Source: an uncultured Acidobacteriota bacterium (GTDB lineage: Bacteria; Acidobacteriota; UBA6911; RPQK01; JAPXNP01). From it: a stretch of DNA of 64,000 nucleotides. The notes under the pieces were generated by a model. It was not told the DNA's origin. It did no database searches and saw only the letters and a program-made list of their open reading frames with translations. Below, in pieces: positions 52,325-62,029 of this stretch. How positions within the stretch are numbered: the first letter of the stretch is position 1; each line of letters starts with the position of its first letter. Both the position numbers and the translations under genes were made by a program. The stretch lies in assembly GCA_963777605.1 (NCBI GenBank), contig CAVZRV010000006.1:1-64000 (forward strand), written 5' to 3'.

Positions 52325-52933
52325 ATGCCGGAGATTCAATCCGTCGACCAGATTATGGCCCTCCTCCACATCGACGTCATCGGACAGATCGAGGCGGCGC
52401 ATGACATGATCCGTCAATCCGTACAGATTGAGCCGACCGTTGCGAGCTACCCCGAGTTTCAGGAAACTGTTGGCGACTACGTCCGCTACCACAACGCCAT
52501 GTGGCACGGCGTCGACCCCGGACAGGACCGGGCGTGGGGGCAAGCCCGCGCGGCCATCGATGAGCAGATGCGACCCGAGCCGACGCTTGCGAGAATTCGA
52601 GGTTTTCTCGACGCCCAGGGAAGCTATGTCCAGGCGATCAAGAACGGGCTCACCGGCCGTCACGGAGGGATGATCGGTGTCATCGATACCATCGCTGAGC
52701 AGATCAAAAAGGAAGCCGTCAGCCAGTGGGTTCGCTCGGTCTTTCTGACCCACATCAATCCGCTTGATTTCGACCGGAAGGTGGAATTCGCCCGGGAGTA
52801 TCTCGCAACCTACGGCGCACTCTTGCTTCCCAATGAAACGACGATGTCGCCCTACGAGCTGGCGGCGCAGATCGAGGTCCTCTTGGAGACCCACGTCCGA
52901 TTGGTGAACCAACTGCGGGACCGGTTACAGTAG
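52325..52933 (+). CDS. Hypothetical helical protein
   Basis: AAGGAG RBS; 202-aa ORF in the operon. Confidence 0.8.
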   Translation: MPEIQSVDQIMALLHIDVIGQIEAAHDMIRQSVQIEPTVASYPEFQETVGDYVRYHNAMWHGVDPGQDRAWGQARAAIDEQMRPEPTLARIRGFLDAQGSYVQAIKNGLTGRHGGMIGVIDTIAEQIKKEAVSQWVRSVFLTHINPLDFDRKVEFAREYLATYGALLLPNETTMSPYELAAQIEVLLETHVRLVNQLRDRLQ

Positions 52934-53172
52934 GTCGCCTTCTTCCGGCCCTACCAGCCGGGTGCTTCCGTACCTAAACGGTTGCAATATCTCACGTTCG
53001 GGAGCATCGCTTTGCTGTTCCCCTCAGGTCGAGGACCGCGATCATTCTGGCGAAGCACAAAGAGCCGAAGGCCATCAGCATGACAACACCCTTCCGACAT
53101 CTGCAATTTCGGCAGAGACTCGGGGATCATCAAGATCCGCCCGACGTCTCGAAACGACGAGATGCGTCAACC

Positions 53173-53182
53173 TGCACTACAA
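53173..53182 (+). promoter_or_regulatory. TGCACTACAA motif copy 5
   Basis: Exact 10-mer 45 nt before the primase ATG. Confidence 0.7.
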
Positions 53183-53217
53183 ACCATAAGAACGGGAAGA
53201 CGGAATCCAAAGAGAAC

Positions 53218-54279
53218 ATGGCGGACTATCTGCCGGAGCATGCCGCGGCCACCTACCGGTTACTCTCCCCTGAGTCTTCCGGCTTTCTCGAGCTGAACGC
53301 CTTTCACCCGGACTATCGACCTGGCCGCGAAAACACCGAGTGGAACCGCCAGAGAGACACCTGGCCACGCCTTGCCTATGTGAGTTCGGAGGAAGAGTTT
53401 TTGGACTTCGTCGGACAATACGTCGGCGAACGCATGGTCTGTTGCGGCCTCAATCCCCGGCCCGCCATTCGGCGTAACGACTCCGGGTATCTTCGTCCGT
53501 CGCGTGAGTCGGACATCCAGGAGGGCCGGGCGCTGCTACTCGATCTCGATCCCATCGGTTCCGAGGCTCCGGATGCGGCTAGCCTGGAGCGCCTTCTCGC
53601 GCGGGCAAACACCTACTTCCAGGATTTCGGTCTCAAGAGACCCAGTCAGGCCAGCTCCGGCCGGGGATACCACCTGATGGCGGTCTATTCCCCCATTTCG
53701 ACAGTCGAGACCCCGGACTTGAAGCAACGCGTTCGCGCGTTTTCGGATCAGTTTCGCGACGCACTCGGAAGCGAGATCGGCGATGCCGGCCTTCGGCTTG
53801 ACGGCACCTACGATCTCAGACGACTCGTCAAGGTCTACGGGACCGCGAAGCCCGGCGGACCCGTCAGTCGGCTCCTGCGAGCAGAGTACGGTGCCGATCT
53901 CGCGCTTCGAGAAAAGCTCCTTTCCTACGACGTCTCTTGCCGTTCCAAGAAAGCCGAATCGGCGGCAGAAGCAGTGGATTCCGTCACAGTTCAGCGCAGG
54001 CTCCCAGACTGGTTCCCTTCTCTTCTGGATGATCAACGGGTCGCCAACCTCTGGAACGGAGAAGGAAAGCCGGAAAGTCTCGACTGCTCCCGTTCCGGTT
54101 ATGACTTCAGCCTTGCCCGGACGTTGATCGCTCTCGGCCACAACACGGACGACATCGCCACGATCCTCGCGCTTCGTCCAAAAGGGGCCTTCAAATCCCG
54201 TGGCCGCAGTCCCGAGTATCTCGAGACCACCATCTCCCGCGCCCGTCAAAGCCTTGCTCGTCCCAGGCTTTCTCGTTGA
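53218..54279 (+). CDS. RepB'-like AEP DNA primase
   Basis: GLNPRP, LLDLD, SSGRGYH, DLRRLVKVYGT, and a C-terminal helical bundle 'SRSGYDF...YLETTI'. Confidence 0.75.
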   Translation: MADYLPEHAAATYRLLSPESSGFLELNAFHPDYRPGRENTEWNRQRDTWPRLAYVSSEEEFLDFVGQYVGERMVCCGLNPRPAIRRNDSGYLRPSRESDIQEGRALLLDLDPIGSEAPDAASLERLLARANTYFQDFGLKRPSQASSGRGYHLMAVYSPISTVETPDLKQRVRAFSDQFRDALGSEIGDAGLRLDGTYDLRRLVKVYGTAKPGGPVSRLLRAEYGADLALREKLLSYDVSCRSKKAESAAEAVDSVTVQRRLPDWFPSLLDDQRVANLWNGEGKPESLDCSRSGYDFSLARTLIALGHNTDDIATILALRPKGAFKSRGRSPEYLETTISRARQSLARPRLSR

Positions 54280-54341
54280 TAGAGCACAAGTTCGACGATT
54301 CACCTTCTGATTTCGGGCAAAGGGTGCCAGGAGGTGAATTA

Positions 54342-54587
54342 ATGAACACAAGCCACGAATTAGCCTCAATCTACGAACCGATCGCCGAGCTGCACTCAAC
54401 AGCAAGCGAATCAGAGGCCCCGCAGATTCGGACAGCCGGCGAAGACTCGCCAAGCTCGGATCATCGGTCCCACCAGTCCCGAAGGCAGACTGCCCCTGTC
54501 GATCCCAACCACTCCTTTGTGGAGGCCGTTGCCGTCGCCCTCATCCACGCGGGGATCTGGTGCTGGTTTGCCTGGTGCCTCTGGTAG
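54342..54587 (+). CDS. Small protein with C-terminal TM helix
   Basis: AGGAGGTGA RBS. Confidence 0.55.
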   Translation: MNTSHELASIYEPIAELHSTASESEAPQIRTAGEDSPSSDHRSHQSRRQTAPVDPNHSFVEAVAVALIHAGIWCWFAWCLW

Positions 54588-54657
54588 GCGCTGCTCTCTC
54601 GATTGCCAGAAACCGGTCAACAGCCGCCCGGCGGCTTTCGGTGAAAGGAAGTACAAG

Positions 54658-55782
54658 ATGAGTGGACTCACAAAAACCCTGGAAAGAAATAACGGAAACG
54701 GCGACGGGGCTCCTGCTTCCGGGCAGCCCGGATTCGACGGTGGCGCTCAACTCGATGCCGTAGTGGACTCTGCCGTCCGACCGTCGGAAGACTTGCGGCG
54801 AATCGGCCTCGCCGATTTCCACCTCGTTCTGTACGCCTCAATGGGGCTCGAATTCGACTTCAGCAATCCACTCGAAGACCAGCTGCACGAACTCAGTAAC
54901 GCCGACCTGGGCATCCCGACTCCCATGTTGAATCCGACCAGCCAACGGCCATGGTCCTCGGGCAAAGAAGCCCCGTCGAAACGAAGGAGGGCATCGCTCC
55001 TCGTCTCGGCATTCAATTTAGGCGTGGCATCTTTCAGGTACCCCACGACTCACTACGAGATCGTACGCCGTCTTCTGGAACGGACCGACTACCGGGTAAT
55101 CCTCCGAACCAACGATGCGTCGATTGCAGACAAGGCGTGGCTGGACCTGTTGCTGGCCCATCGTGAGCGGACCACGGTCGGGCTGGTCATCCCGACTCTG
55201 AATGACGACGTCCTCGCAATCCTTGATCCAGACGGTTCGAGCCTGCCGGATCGCTTTCGGGCCTTCAAGTCGCTGCACCAGGCCGGAATTACAACGTGCG
55301 CTTTCCTCTGCCCTGTGCTCCCCGATATTGTGCCGCACCTCGACGCCGTCTTCCGAGAGATTCAGGTCGAACGACTCACGACGATCTGGGCGGCTCCATT
55401 TCACCAGAACTACTGGCAACGGATACAGAAAGCATTCGGCAAAGAATCACCCGAGCATTCCTGGTTCACAGCGGTCTTTAAGCACGGACACGATGAGCGC
55501 TGGAGTCGTTTCGCCGCCGATTTCTACCTGCGCCTCGCTCTCAAGGGCCGGGCCGAAGGGTGGTTCTCGAAAGTGCGGTTCCTCCTCGACGAACAACGGA
55601 TCCGCCCGCTCGATGCACTCCTCTTCGACCAGCTTGAGCGAGTCGTGTTGCTCGGCCCAACCGATGCAGACGGCTACAGCCAGAACCCAAGTATCCGCAG
55701 GCAGCAAGAGAAAGCCGCATTCTGGGACAAGAATGGGCTGGAAGTTCCAAAGGGAAACCCAAAATGGGCACGCCCCTCTTGA
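54658..55782 (+). CDS. SplB/COG1533-like radical-SAM-fold protein lacking CxxxCxxC
   Basis: 'VILRTN', 'GLVIPTL...LDPDGS..DRF.A..LHQAGI.T.AFLCPVLP'; no Cys triad. Confidence 0.6.
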   Translation: MSGLTKTLERNNGNGDGAPASGQPGFDGGAQLDAVVDSAVRPSEDLRRIGLADFHLVLYASMGLEFDFSNPLEDQLHELSNADLGIPTPMLNPTSQRPWSSGKEAPSKRRRASLLVSAFNLGVASFRYPTTHYEIVRRLLERTDYRVILRTNDASIADKAWLDLLLAHRERTTVGLVIPTLNDDVLAILDPDGSSLPDRFRAFKSLHQAGITTCAFLCPVLPDIVPHLDAVFREIQVERLTTIWAAPFHQNYWQRIQKAFGKESPEHSWFTAVFKHGHDERWSRFAADFYLRLALKGRAEGWFSKVRFLLDEQRIRPLDALLFDQLERVVLLGPTDADGYSQNPSIRRQQEKAAFWDKNGLEVPKGNPKWARPS

Positions 55783-56216
55783 TGACAGAGGATTCCGTGG
55801 CTGAGAACTGGCCTCACGAAACTTCTCCGACAGTCACCGATTCAGGATCGCCGGCGGCGTCAAAAAGGGTTGACAGAAGGAGGCACAAACTCGACATAAT
55901 GTCCCCCGAGGAGGTTGCCCTGTTCCTCCGCAAGAGCTTGAGTTGGGTTTATAAGCACGCTGAGGAATTGGGCGCTGTGAAGCTCGGGGGTTCCTTGCTG
56001 TTCCCCAGCAAGGAGGACCTCTATGAGCGTTTATTCAACGAAAGGCAAGGGGTGGCGATACGACTTCAAGCTGAACGGCCGTCGCTACACCGGAGCCTGG
56101 TTCAAGACAAAGAGAAAGGCCACCGAGTCCGAAGAGGAAAGGAGGAAAGAAGTACTGAAACCCGAGGAGGTCGAAAGTCAGACCCCAACCGACATGGCCT
56201 TCTTGGAACTGGTTAA
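55764..56216 (+). CDS. Excisionase-like HTH_17 protein overlapping the integrase (core from ATG 55899)
   Basis: 'IMSPEEVALFLRKSLSWVYKHAEELGAVKLGGSLLF'. Confidence 0.7.
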   Translation: MGTPLLMTEDSVAENWPHETSPTVTDSGSPAASKRVDRRRHKLDIMSPEEVALFLRKSLSWVYKHAEELGAVKLGGSLLFPSKEDLYERLFNERQGVAIRLQAERPSLHRSLVQDKEKGHRVRRGKEERSTETRGGRKSDPNRHGLLGTG

Positions 56217-57120
56217 TCACCGCCTCGATTTTGTGCAGGCGTTCCGATCGGATCACTACTATCAGGACACCTGTTGCATGGCGAGACGTTGGGTTGTCGA
56301 ATGGGATGGCCGGCTGTGTGGTGAGTTTACCCAGGAAATGATCGAGAGTTTCTTGATGAAGCGTGCCAAGGTATCCCACTATGCGGCAAACATGGATCTG
56401 AAACTGCTCCGGGCGCTGTTCAACCATGGAATCAAGCGCCGGTTCATCCGTGGCAATCCGACGACCGGTGTCGAGTTCTTCCCGGTCGAGAAGCGAATCA
56501 AGTACGTCCCTCCCGCGGAAGATGTGCGGCGGTTGATCTGGAGCGCGGAAAAGGACGATCGCGATTATCTGATCGTGATTGCCGAAACGATGGCCCGGGT
56601 CGGAGAGGTGAACCGCCTGGTCTGGGACGATGTCGATTTCCGGGAACGAACGGTTGTCCTTTACACGCGGAAAAAGCGTGGAGGTCACCTGACGCCTCGC
56701 AAGGTCCCGATGACCGACCTGCTCTACCGAACCCTCCACCGTCGATTCGAACAGCGGGATCAGGCGAAGCCCTGGGTCTTCTGGCATCGCTACAAGGACA
56801 AGAAGAAGGGCGTCCTGGTGGAAGGACCATACCTGAGGCGAAAACGATTTCTCAAGAGCCTCTGTGAGAAGGTGGGCGTCCGCCCGATCGGCTTCCACGC
56901 CCTTCGCCACAGCGGGGCGTCGATACTCGAACACGCCAATGTCTCGATCAGTACGATTCAGCGCTTACTCGGTCACGAGAACCGCACCACGACCGAAATT
57001 TATCTCCACAGCCTGGGACAGCCGGAGCGGGAAGCCATCCGGATTTTCGAAGGTTTGAGAGAAAAGTCCCACACAGAGTCACACACAGAAGCGAACGATG
57101 CGCAGGAGCAATCTGCGTAA
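56023..57120 (+). CDS. Tyrosine recombinase / integrase
   Basis: AGGAGG RBS; 'TMARVGE' (R), 'HALRH', 'LGHE...TTEIY'; N-terminal arm-binding-like 'WRYDFKLNGRRY'. Confidence 0.95.
   Translation: MSVYSTKGKGWRYDFKLNGRRYTGAWFKTKRKATESEEERRKEVLKPEEVESQTPTDMAFLELVNHRLDFVQAFRSDHYYQDTCCMARRWVVEWDGRLCGEFTQEMIESFLMKRAKVSHYAANMDLKLLRALFNHGIKRRFIRGNPTTGVEFFPVEKRIKYVPPAEDVRRLIWSAEKDDRDYLIVIAETMARVGEVNRLVWDDVDFRERTVVLYTRKKRGGHLTPRKVPMTDLLYRTLHRRFEQRDQAKPWVFWHRYKDKKKGVLVEGPYLRRKRFLKSLCEKVGVRPIGFHALRHSGASILEHANVSISTIQRLLGHENRTTTEIYLHSLGQPEREAIRIFEGLREKSHTESHTEANDAQEQSA
57065..57088 (+). repeat. Tandem 12-bp direct repeat, putative integrase arm-type sites
   Basis: AGTCCCACACAG AGTCACACACAG about 50 bp from the att/tRNA end. 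Confidence 0.5.
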
Positions 57121-57134
57121 ACTATTGATTTTAT

Positions 57135-57210
57135 TGGTGGGTCGTGTTGGATTCGAACCAACGGCCCTCTGATTAAAAGTCAGATGCTCTGCCAACTGAG
57201 CTAACGACCC
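57135..57210 (-). tRNA. tRNA-Lys (anticodon UUU)
   Basis: GGGTCGTTAGCTCAGTTGGCAGAGCATCTGACTTTTAATCAGAGGGCCGTTGGTTCGAATCCAACACGACCCACCA: 76 nt, cloverleaf, encoded CCA. Confidence 0.97.
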
Positions 57211-57514
57211 ACCCGTTGGACGCGCACAGTTTAGCACGCCGGTCCGTGGCGGCAAACTCGGAGCCGTCTCTCGGAGTCCCCGGAACCGATTGACCGCATC
57301 TCAGGGATGCCGGCGGCGCCTCTCAGTCCGTCTTGCCACCGATATCCCGGGCTCGCAGCGGGCGAGTACCTCCAGCAAGGTAGAGCGCTGGAAGTCGGTA
57401 TCGCGTGGGTCGATTCGGCTGGTCCGACGTCACCGTCACAGAGCCCACCAGCAGATCGGCCAGAGACCGTCCGTGGCCAGGACCTGCAACCCCCTGGGCT
57501 CCAACTCCACAGGC

Positions 57515-58810
57515 TTAGCGCGCCAGTAGCGCCGAGACGTCCGCCACCGATGGCCGGTCCTTGCGGTAGGTGACGGGGACCGGGTCCAGCCAGTCCAAAA
57601 GATCGTCCTTGATGGCAAAGGCGAAGAAGTGGTTTCCGGCGGGCGCGTAGTGGCCGTTGTAGTAGCGGTGTACGTACCGATCAGATGGAATGTCGAAATC
57701 CCGGAAGTCCTCGACATGCTTCTGGAGCGAGTCGACAAAAGGAATCTCCGTCTGCCGGAGGAATTCCACAAAGGGTTCGTCAAGACGGGTTCTCCCCTCA
57801 CAGGCGGCGGCGACATCACCTCCCCGGTAGCTGACCAGTATCAGGAGTCTTTTCTCCCGTTCGCCGGCAAACTGCAGGGCCTTGTCCACGAGTTGCTCGC
57901 TGGCTTTCATCCCGGAACGCCAGAAGAGCCGATCCGCCGACTCGGACACGGCTTCAGGACTGTCCCAGCGACCGCCGACGCCCAACAACTCATCCAGGCG
58001 CCGCATCTCCTCCAGCATGGGAGGAGTTCCGCCGCCGATGGCGTATTCGATCTGGACGTAGAGGTCGTCCCTGAAGTGCTCGACAACGTATTCCGGGTCG
58101 CACATCAGGTAGAGCGACTCGGGGCTCGGGTGAGAGTTTTCCAGTTCCAGCAACCGCCCGTCATTGAGATCGAAGCGGACATGGCACCAAGGGTTGGCGT
58201 GAAAGTAGTGGGTGTCCTGACGGTTGTTGATCAGCTCGCGGAAGAACTGGATGTGAAACCAGCGGCAACTCATCAGGCTGCGCCGGTGGTCGTCGATCCA
58301 GATGTTGAAGAGGATGAACGGCGCCGACGCAGCCGTCTTCTCTTCCCGCAGCATTCTTCGATAGGCCTGGTAGACCCCGTAGCCCCCGGTCCCGTAGTTT
58401 CGAATCGGCTCGCCGAAATGGGCCGCCAAGTACTCCTGCCACGTTTCGCCGTCGCTGACCTGGTCGCAGTGGGTGAAGCTGTCCCCGTACGTGTTCATCC
58501 GGCAGGGCGCGTCGGCGAACTGAATCCGCCTGCGCTCTCCGCTGGGTTCCATCCGGTAGAAGCAGTAACTGCCGTCGATCCCGTCCTTTTTGAACGTATT
58601 GGCGTGTCGGTAGCCCAGTTCTGCGTCGAACGTGGCCCAATTCGGTTCTCCAGGATCCAGAAATTCGTCAATCACTTCCCGATTCCACGCCATGCTCGCA
58701 AGAAACCGCTCAAAGCGCGGCGGTTTCTGTAAAAGACTGGCTCGGCTGGAACGGGTGAAAGGCACAGCTCCCAACGCGGCCAAAGCGGCCCTGCGACTGA
58801 TCCGGTTCAT
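57515..58810 (-). CDS. Tat-exported SGNH/GDSL-like hydrolase
   Basis: SRRAAL Tat motif, YGDSFT, NYGTGGYG, NGHY. Confidence 0.75.
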   Translation of the reverse strand: MNRISRRAALAALGAVPFTRSSRASLLQKPPRFERFLASMAWNREVIDEFLDPGEPNWATFDAELGYRHANTFKKDGIDGSYCFYRMEPSGERRRIQFADAPCRMNTYGDSFTHCDQVSDGETWQEYLAAHFGEPIRNYGTGGYGVYQAYRRMLREEKTAASAPFILFNIWIDDHRRSLMSCRWFHIQFFRELINNRQDTHYFHANPWCHVRFDLNDGRLLELENSHPSPESLYLMCDPEYVVEHFRDDLYVQIEYAIGGGTPPMLEEMRRLDELLGVGGRWDSPEAVSESADRLFWRSGMKASEQLVDKALQFAGEREKRLLILVSYRGGDVAAACEGRTRLDEPFVEFLRQTEIPFVDSLQKHVEDFRDFDIPSDRYVHRYYNGHYAPAGNHFFAFAIKDDLLDWLDPVPVTYRKDRPSVADVSALLAR

Positions 58811-58848
58811 GGTAATCACTCCTGGTCCCGGGTGTCTTTACCCGGACA

Positions 58849-59283
58849 ATGGTCCTGTCAACTCATGCTACTCCTAGTCTCCTGAGATCTCCATGGTGCT
58901 TGGGCCGGTTTGTGCCGTCGAGGATTCGCAAACCCCCGCACAGTCCCTTGGTGGGCTCGAAAGAAGCGCATCCCTGCTTTCTGGAGCTGTGTCGGCTTGC
59001 CGAAAAAGATTCGTTGGACCTCCCAGGCGACATCCTCACCCGAGACGTGGCCCGCTTCCTGATATCGACGTGGGACGGTATCCTCGATCCCCTCAGAGCC
59101 CTCATCGAGGATAGCGCCCTCTATGACTACGGCAGATCTGCGGCCGTGGGCGCGCTAACGGATCTCGTTCTTCCGGGCCGGATCGACCGATCCATGATGA
59201 TCCTCTACTTCCATTCGCTGAGCCGTCAGCGTTCTTCCGCGAGTCGTTTCTCCGGCTCGTTTCCTGATACTCTTTGCCCTTGA
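58849..59283 (+). pseudogene. DUF1186-like fragment
   Basis: 'GDILTRDVARFL...LRALIED..LYDYGRSAA..AL' without a convincing N- or C-terminus. Confidence 0.45.
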
Positions 59284-59411
59284 AAAACGGGCCGCATCAG
59301 GCGATGATCAGGACCTTTGCTAAAAGGGACACTCTCGAACGACCATCTGGCTGCCCGCCCGATTTTCTCCAGGAGTGTTAGTTGTCCATCATCAGATTGA
59401 AACGTTGAGTC

Positions 59412-62015
59412 ATGCAGCCTGTCGACCGATTGTTAAGCCGTCCCCTTTTGGTCATGCTCCTGATCGGAGTCGTGCTCTCGGGAATCTGCCTGGGAATGGA
59501 GGATTCCAAACAGGAACAGGCAACTCCGCCCGAGCAGGACTCGGCGGAGATCGAGGCGACCGCCCAGCGGAATGAGAACGTCCCGGTCTATCAGCTCGAC
59601 ACCAACGAACAGCGAGAATTGAACAAAAGGATCGGAACCACCCCTGAAGCAATCGAAGAGTTCGAAATTGAAAAGAGCTACTATGCCTCGGAACTCGGCA
59701 ATTCCCCGGAGGACCCGCTTCAGTTGGAGGTCCCCGTGCCGGTCCAGGACTGGCATGGCGAGCTTTTCGCCAATCACCAGAACAGCGTTTTGAACAGCCG
59801 CACCTTTTTCCAGGTCGGCTCGGTCCAGCCCGCCCGGCAGAACAACTACGGATTCACGTTGGGCGGACCCGCGGCCTGGCTGGGAGATGTGACGGTCACA
59901 GCCGGGCAGGACAAAGTCCGGGGCATGGTCAACGGCAACGTCCTGGTTCCCCTCGAATCGGAACGGACCCCGCTCGCCACCGACCCCGAACTCCGGTCGA
60001 TTATCACCGATATCCTTCGCGCTTACCCCGAAGAAGCCCCCAATCGCGTCGACTTTGATCCGCGGGCACTCAACACCAACGCTCCCCAGCGAATCGACAC
60101 CACTCAGGCTACCCTGCGCCTCGACCGCGCCCTCGGGAAGACCCGCAACCTGGCGATTTCCTACTCGGTCGATCGGACCCTCATCGACGCGTTCCAGCTG
60201 GTCGCCGGACAGAATCCCGACACGGAACTTCACACCAACCGGGCTCATATCGCCTACGTATACGCCCCGTCGCCCAAGTCCACCCTTGAACTCGGCGTGA
60301 CCGTCCAGCGCGCCCGTTCCGTCCTCAAGGCAGAGCCGAATGCCTACCAGTCAGAAATTCGAATCAGTCACCAGATCGAAGACCTGGGTCCAAAGAGCGA
60401 GTTCCCCATCGACCGGGCCCAGAACAGCTTCACCTGGGGAGGGCTTTTCAGTCACGCGCCGGGGGCCGGCAACCACATTCTGAAACTGGGCGGCAACCTC
60501 ACCCGGGTTCAGTTGAACGGCATCGAAAGCAACTACCTCCGGGGATCTTTTCAGTTCAGCAACAGCTTTGGCCGAAGCGCCATCGAAAACCTGCGGTACG
60601 GGACCCCCAGCAAGTACATCGTGACTCTCGGAGATCCGTACCGGGCCTTCCGAAATTGGAGAGGGCAACTCTTTTTCGGCGACCAGTGGCGACTGACACC
60701 CAATCTGGAACTCAGCTACGGCCTGCGTTACAGCTTCGAAGCAAAGCCGGTCGAAGTCCACCAGATCAACGCCATCCCTTACTCCTGTGACTGCAACAAT
60801 CTCGCTCCCCGGCTCGCCTTTGCCTACCGTTTTGGTCAGAGTGCCGCAGTTTTGCGAGGTTCCTACACGGTTTCCTTCGGTCAGATTTTCCCGGTGACGT
60901 ATCAGCAGATTAGGAACAACGCCCCGGAACTCCGACAGTATCAGATCCAGAATCCCGATTTCCTTGACCCCCTGGGAGGAGTGGACCTGGGCGGTCTCGA
61001 ACCGCGCGTTGCTCCAACCCAGTTCAGCCCCGACCTGGTCACTCCCTATTCGCACCAGTACAACCTGAGTCTCGAACATCGGCTTGGGGAGTTCCACATC
61101 CGCTGGGCCTACATCGGAAGCCGGACCTTCAAGCTGCTGAAACCGTACGTCCTGAACCGCGCCGAAGTCGTCCCTGGAATCCCGCAGACTACGGAGACGA
61201 TTGACGAGCGCAGACCCGACGCCCGCTACTCGGAGGTATACTCCATCGCCAATGCGGGAGCAGCCTACCTGGATGCCGCACAGACCACGGTTCGGACCCC
61301 GAACGTGAAGGGGCTCGACATGACGGTGACCTACACCTTCAGCAAGGCCCTCGATACGGGGGCGGACTTCACCTCAACCGCGTCCGGAAGCGAGATCCGA
61401 GGCGGTCGAAACCAGAACCAGTACGAGGCGTTCTCCGATCTCAAAGGCCTGAGCACCTACGACTCACCTCACTCGTTCCTCCTTCTGTACACCTACACCA
61501 TCCCGGCCTGGCAAACCGGACTTTCATGGTTTGACGCGACCGTCAACGGCTGGCAAATCTCCGGTACCGCGATGGCCAAAAACGGTACGCCGTTCACGGT
61601 CTACGTCGGCTCCGACTCTCCCGGATATGGCAATGTCGACGGATCGGGAGGAGATCGACCCAGCATCCTCGATCCCGCCATTCTTGGCGGAGCGGCCACA
61701 GATCCCGACGCCTCGATTGCGTTGCTTCGCCCCGACCGGTTCGCTTTCGTTGAACCGGGACAACTGCGGGGCAATATCGGCCGATCCACCTTCCGCAAAG
61801 GTCCGATCAAGAATGTCAATCTCGCCCTAGGGCGGCAGTGGAGCCTGGGACAAAGTGAGACGCGCCTCAGCTTTCGGATGGAGGTTTACAACCTCACCAA
61901 TTCTCCCCAGTTCGATGAACCGCAAAGAATCCTCACCTCTTCCAGCTTTGGACGCATCACCAACACCCTCAACCAGGGGCGGGTCTTCCAGGGTGGTCTG
62001 CGATTGATGTTCTGA
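59412..62015 (+). CDS. TonB-dependent (Oar-like) outer membrane receptor
   Basis: Signal peptide; 'QNNYGFTLGGP', 'DQWRLTPNLELSYGLRY', 'NLAPRLAFAY', 'FRMEVYNLTN.PQF'; C-terminal Phe. Confidence 0.88.
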   Translation: MQPVDRLLSRPLLVMLLIGVVLSGICLGMEDSKQEQATPPEQDSAEIEATAQRNENVPVYQLDTNEQRELNKRIGTTPEAIEEFEIEKSYYASELGNSPEDPLQLEVPVPVQDWHGELFANHQNSVLNSRTFFQVGSVQPARQNNYGFTLGGPAAWLGDVTVTAGQDKVRGMVNGNVLVPLESERTPLATDPELRSIITDILRAYPEEAPNRVDFDPRALNTNAPQRIDTTQATLRLDRALGKTRNLAISYSVDRTLIDAFQLVAGQNPDTELHTNRAHIAYVYAPSPKSTLELGVTVQRARSVLKAEPNAYQSEIRISHQIEDLGPKSEFPIDRAQNSFTWGGLFSHAPGAGNHILKLGGNLTRVQLNGIESNYLRGSFQFSNSFGRSAIENLRYGTPSKYIVTLGDPYRAFRNWRGQLFFGDQWRLTPNLELSYGLRYSFEAKPVEVHQINAIPYSCDCNNLAPRLAFAYRFGQSAAVLRGSYTVSFGQIFPVTYQQIRNNAPELRQYQIQNPDFLDPLGGVDLGGLEPRVAPTQFSPDLVTPYSHQYNLSLEHRLGEFHIRWAYIGSRTFKLLKPYVLNRAEVVPGIPQTTETIDERRPDARYSEVYSIANAGAAYLDAAQTTVRTPNVKGLDMTVTYTFSKALDTGADFTSTASGSEIRGGRNQNQYEAFSDLKGLSTYDSPHSFLLLYTYTIPAWQTGLSWFDATVNGWQISGTAMAKNGTPFTVYVGSDSPGYGNVDGSGGDRPSILDPAILGGAATDPDASIALLRPDRFAFVEPGQLRGNIGRSTFRKGPIKNVNLALGRQWSLGQSETRLSFRMEVYNLTNSPQFDEPQRILTSSSFGRITNTLNQGRVFQGGLRLMF

Positions 62016-62029
62016 GTCTCTTGGGCGCG

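Larger units (their letters stand above)
1..57134. mobile_element. Genomic island / integrative (mobilizable or conjugative) element inserted at tRNA-Lys 3' end; left boundary not seen
   Basis: The integrase stop (57120) lies 14 bp from the tRNA CCA end. Xis-like, relaxase, coupling ATPase, primase, ArdC and defence cargo all lie on this side. No exact copy of the tRNA 3' end was found in the window, so the island may be composite or extend left. Confidence 0.8.

Noticed and set aside
26077-57120. Prophage interpretation
   Set aside because: No terminase, portal, capsid, tail or lysis genes were recognised. The relaxase and coupling protein point to an ICE/IME.
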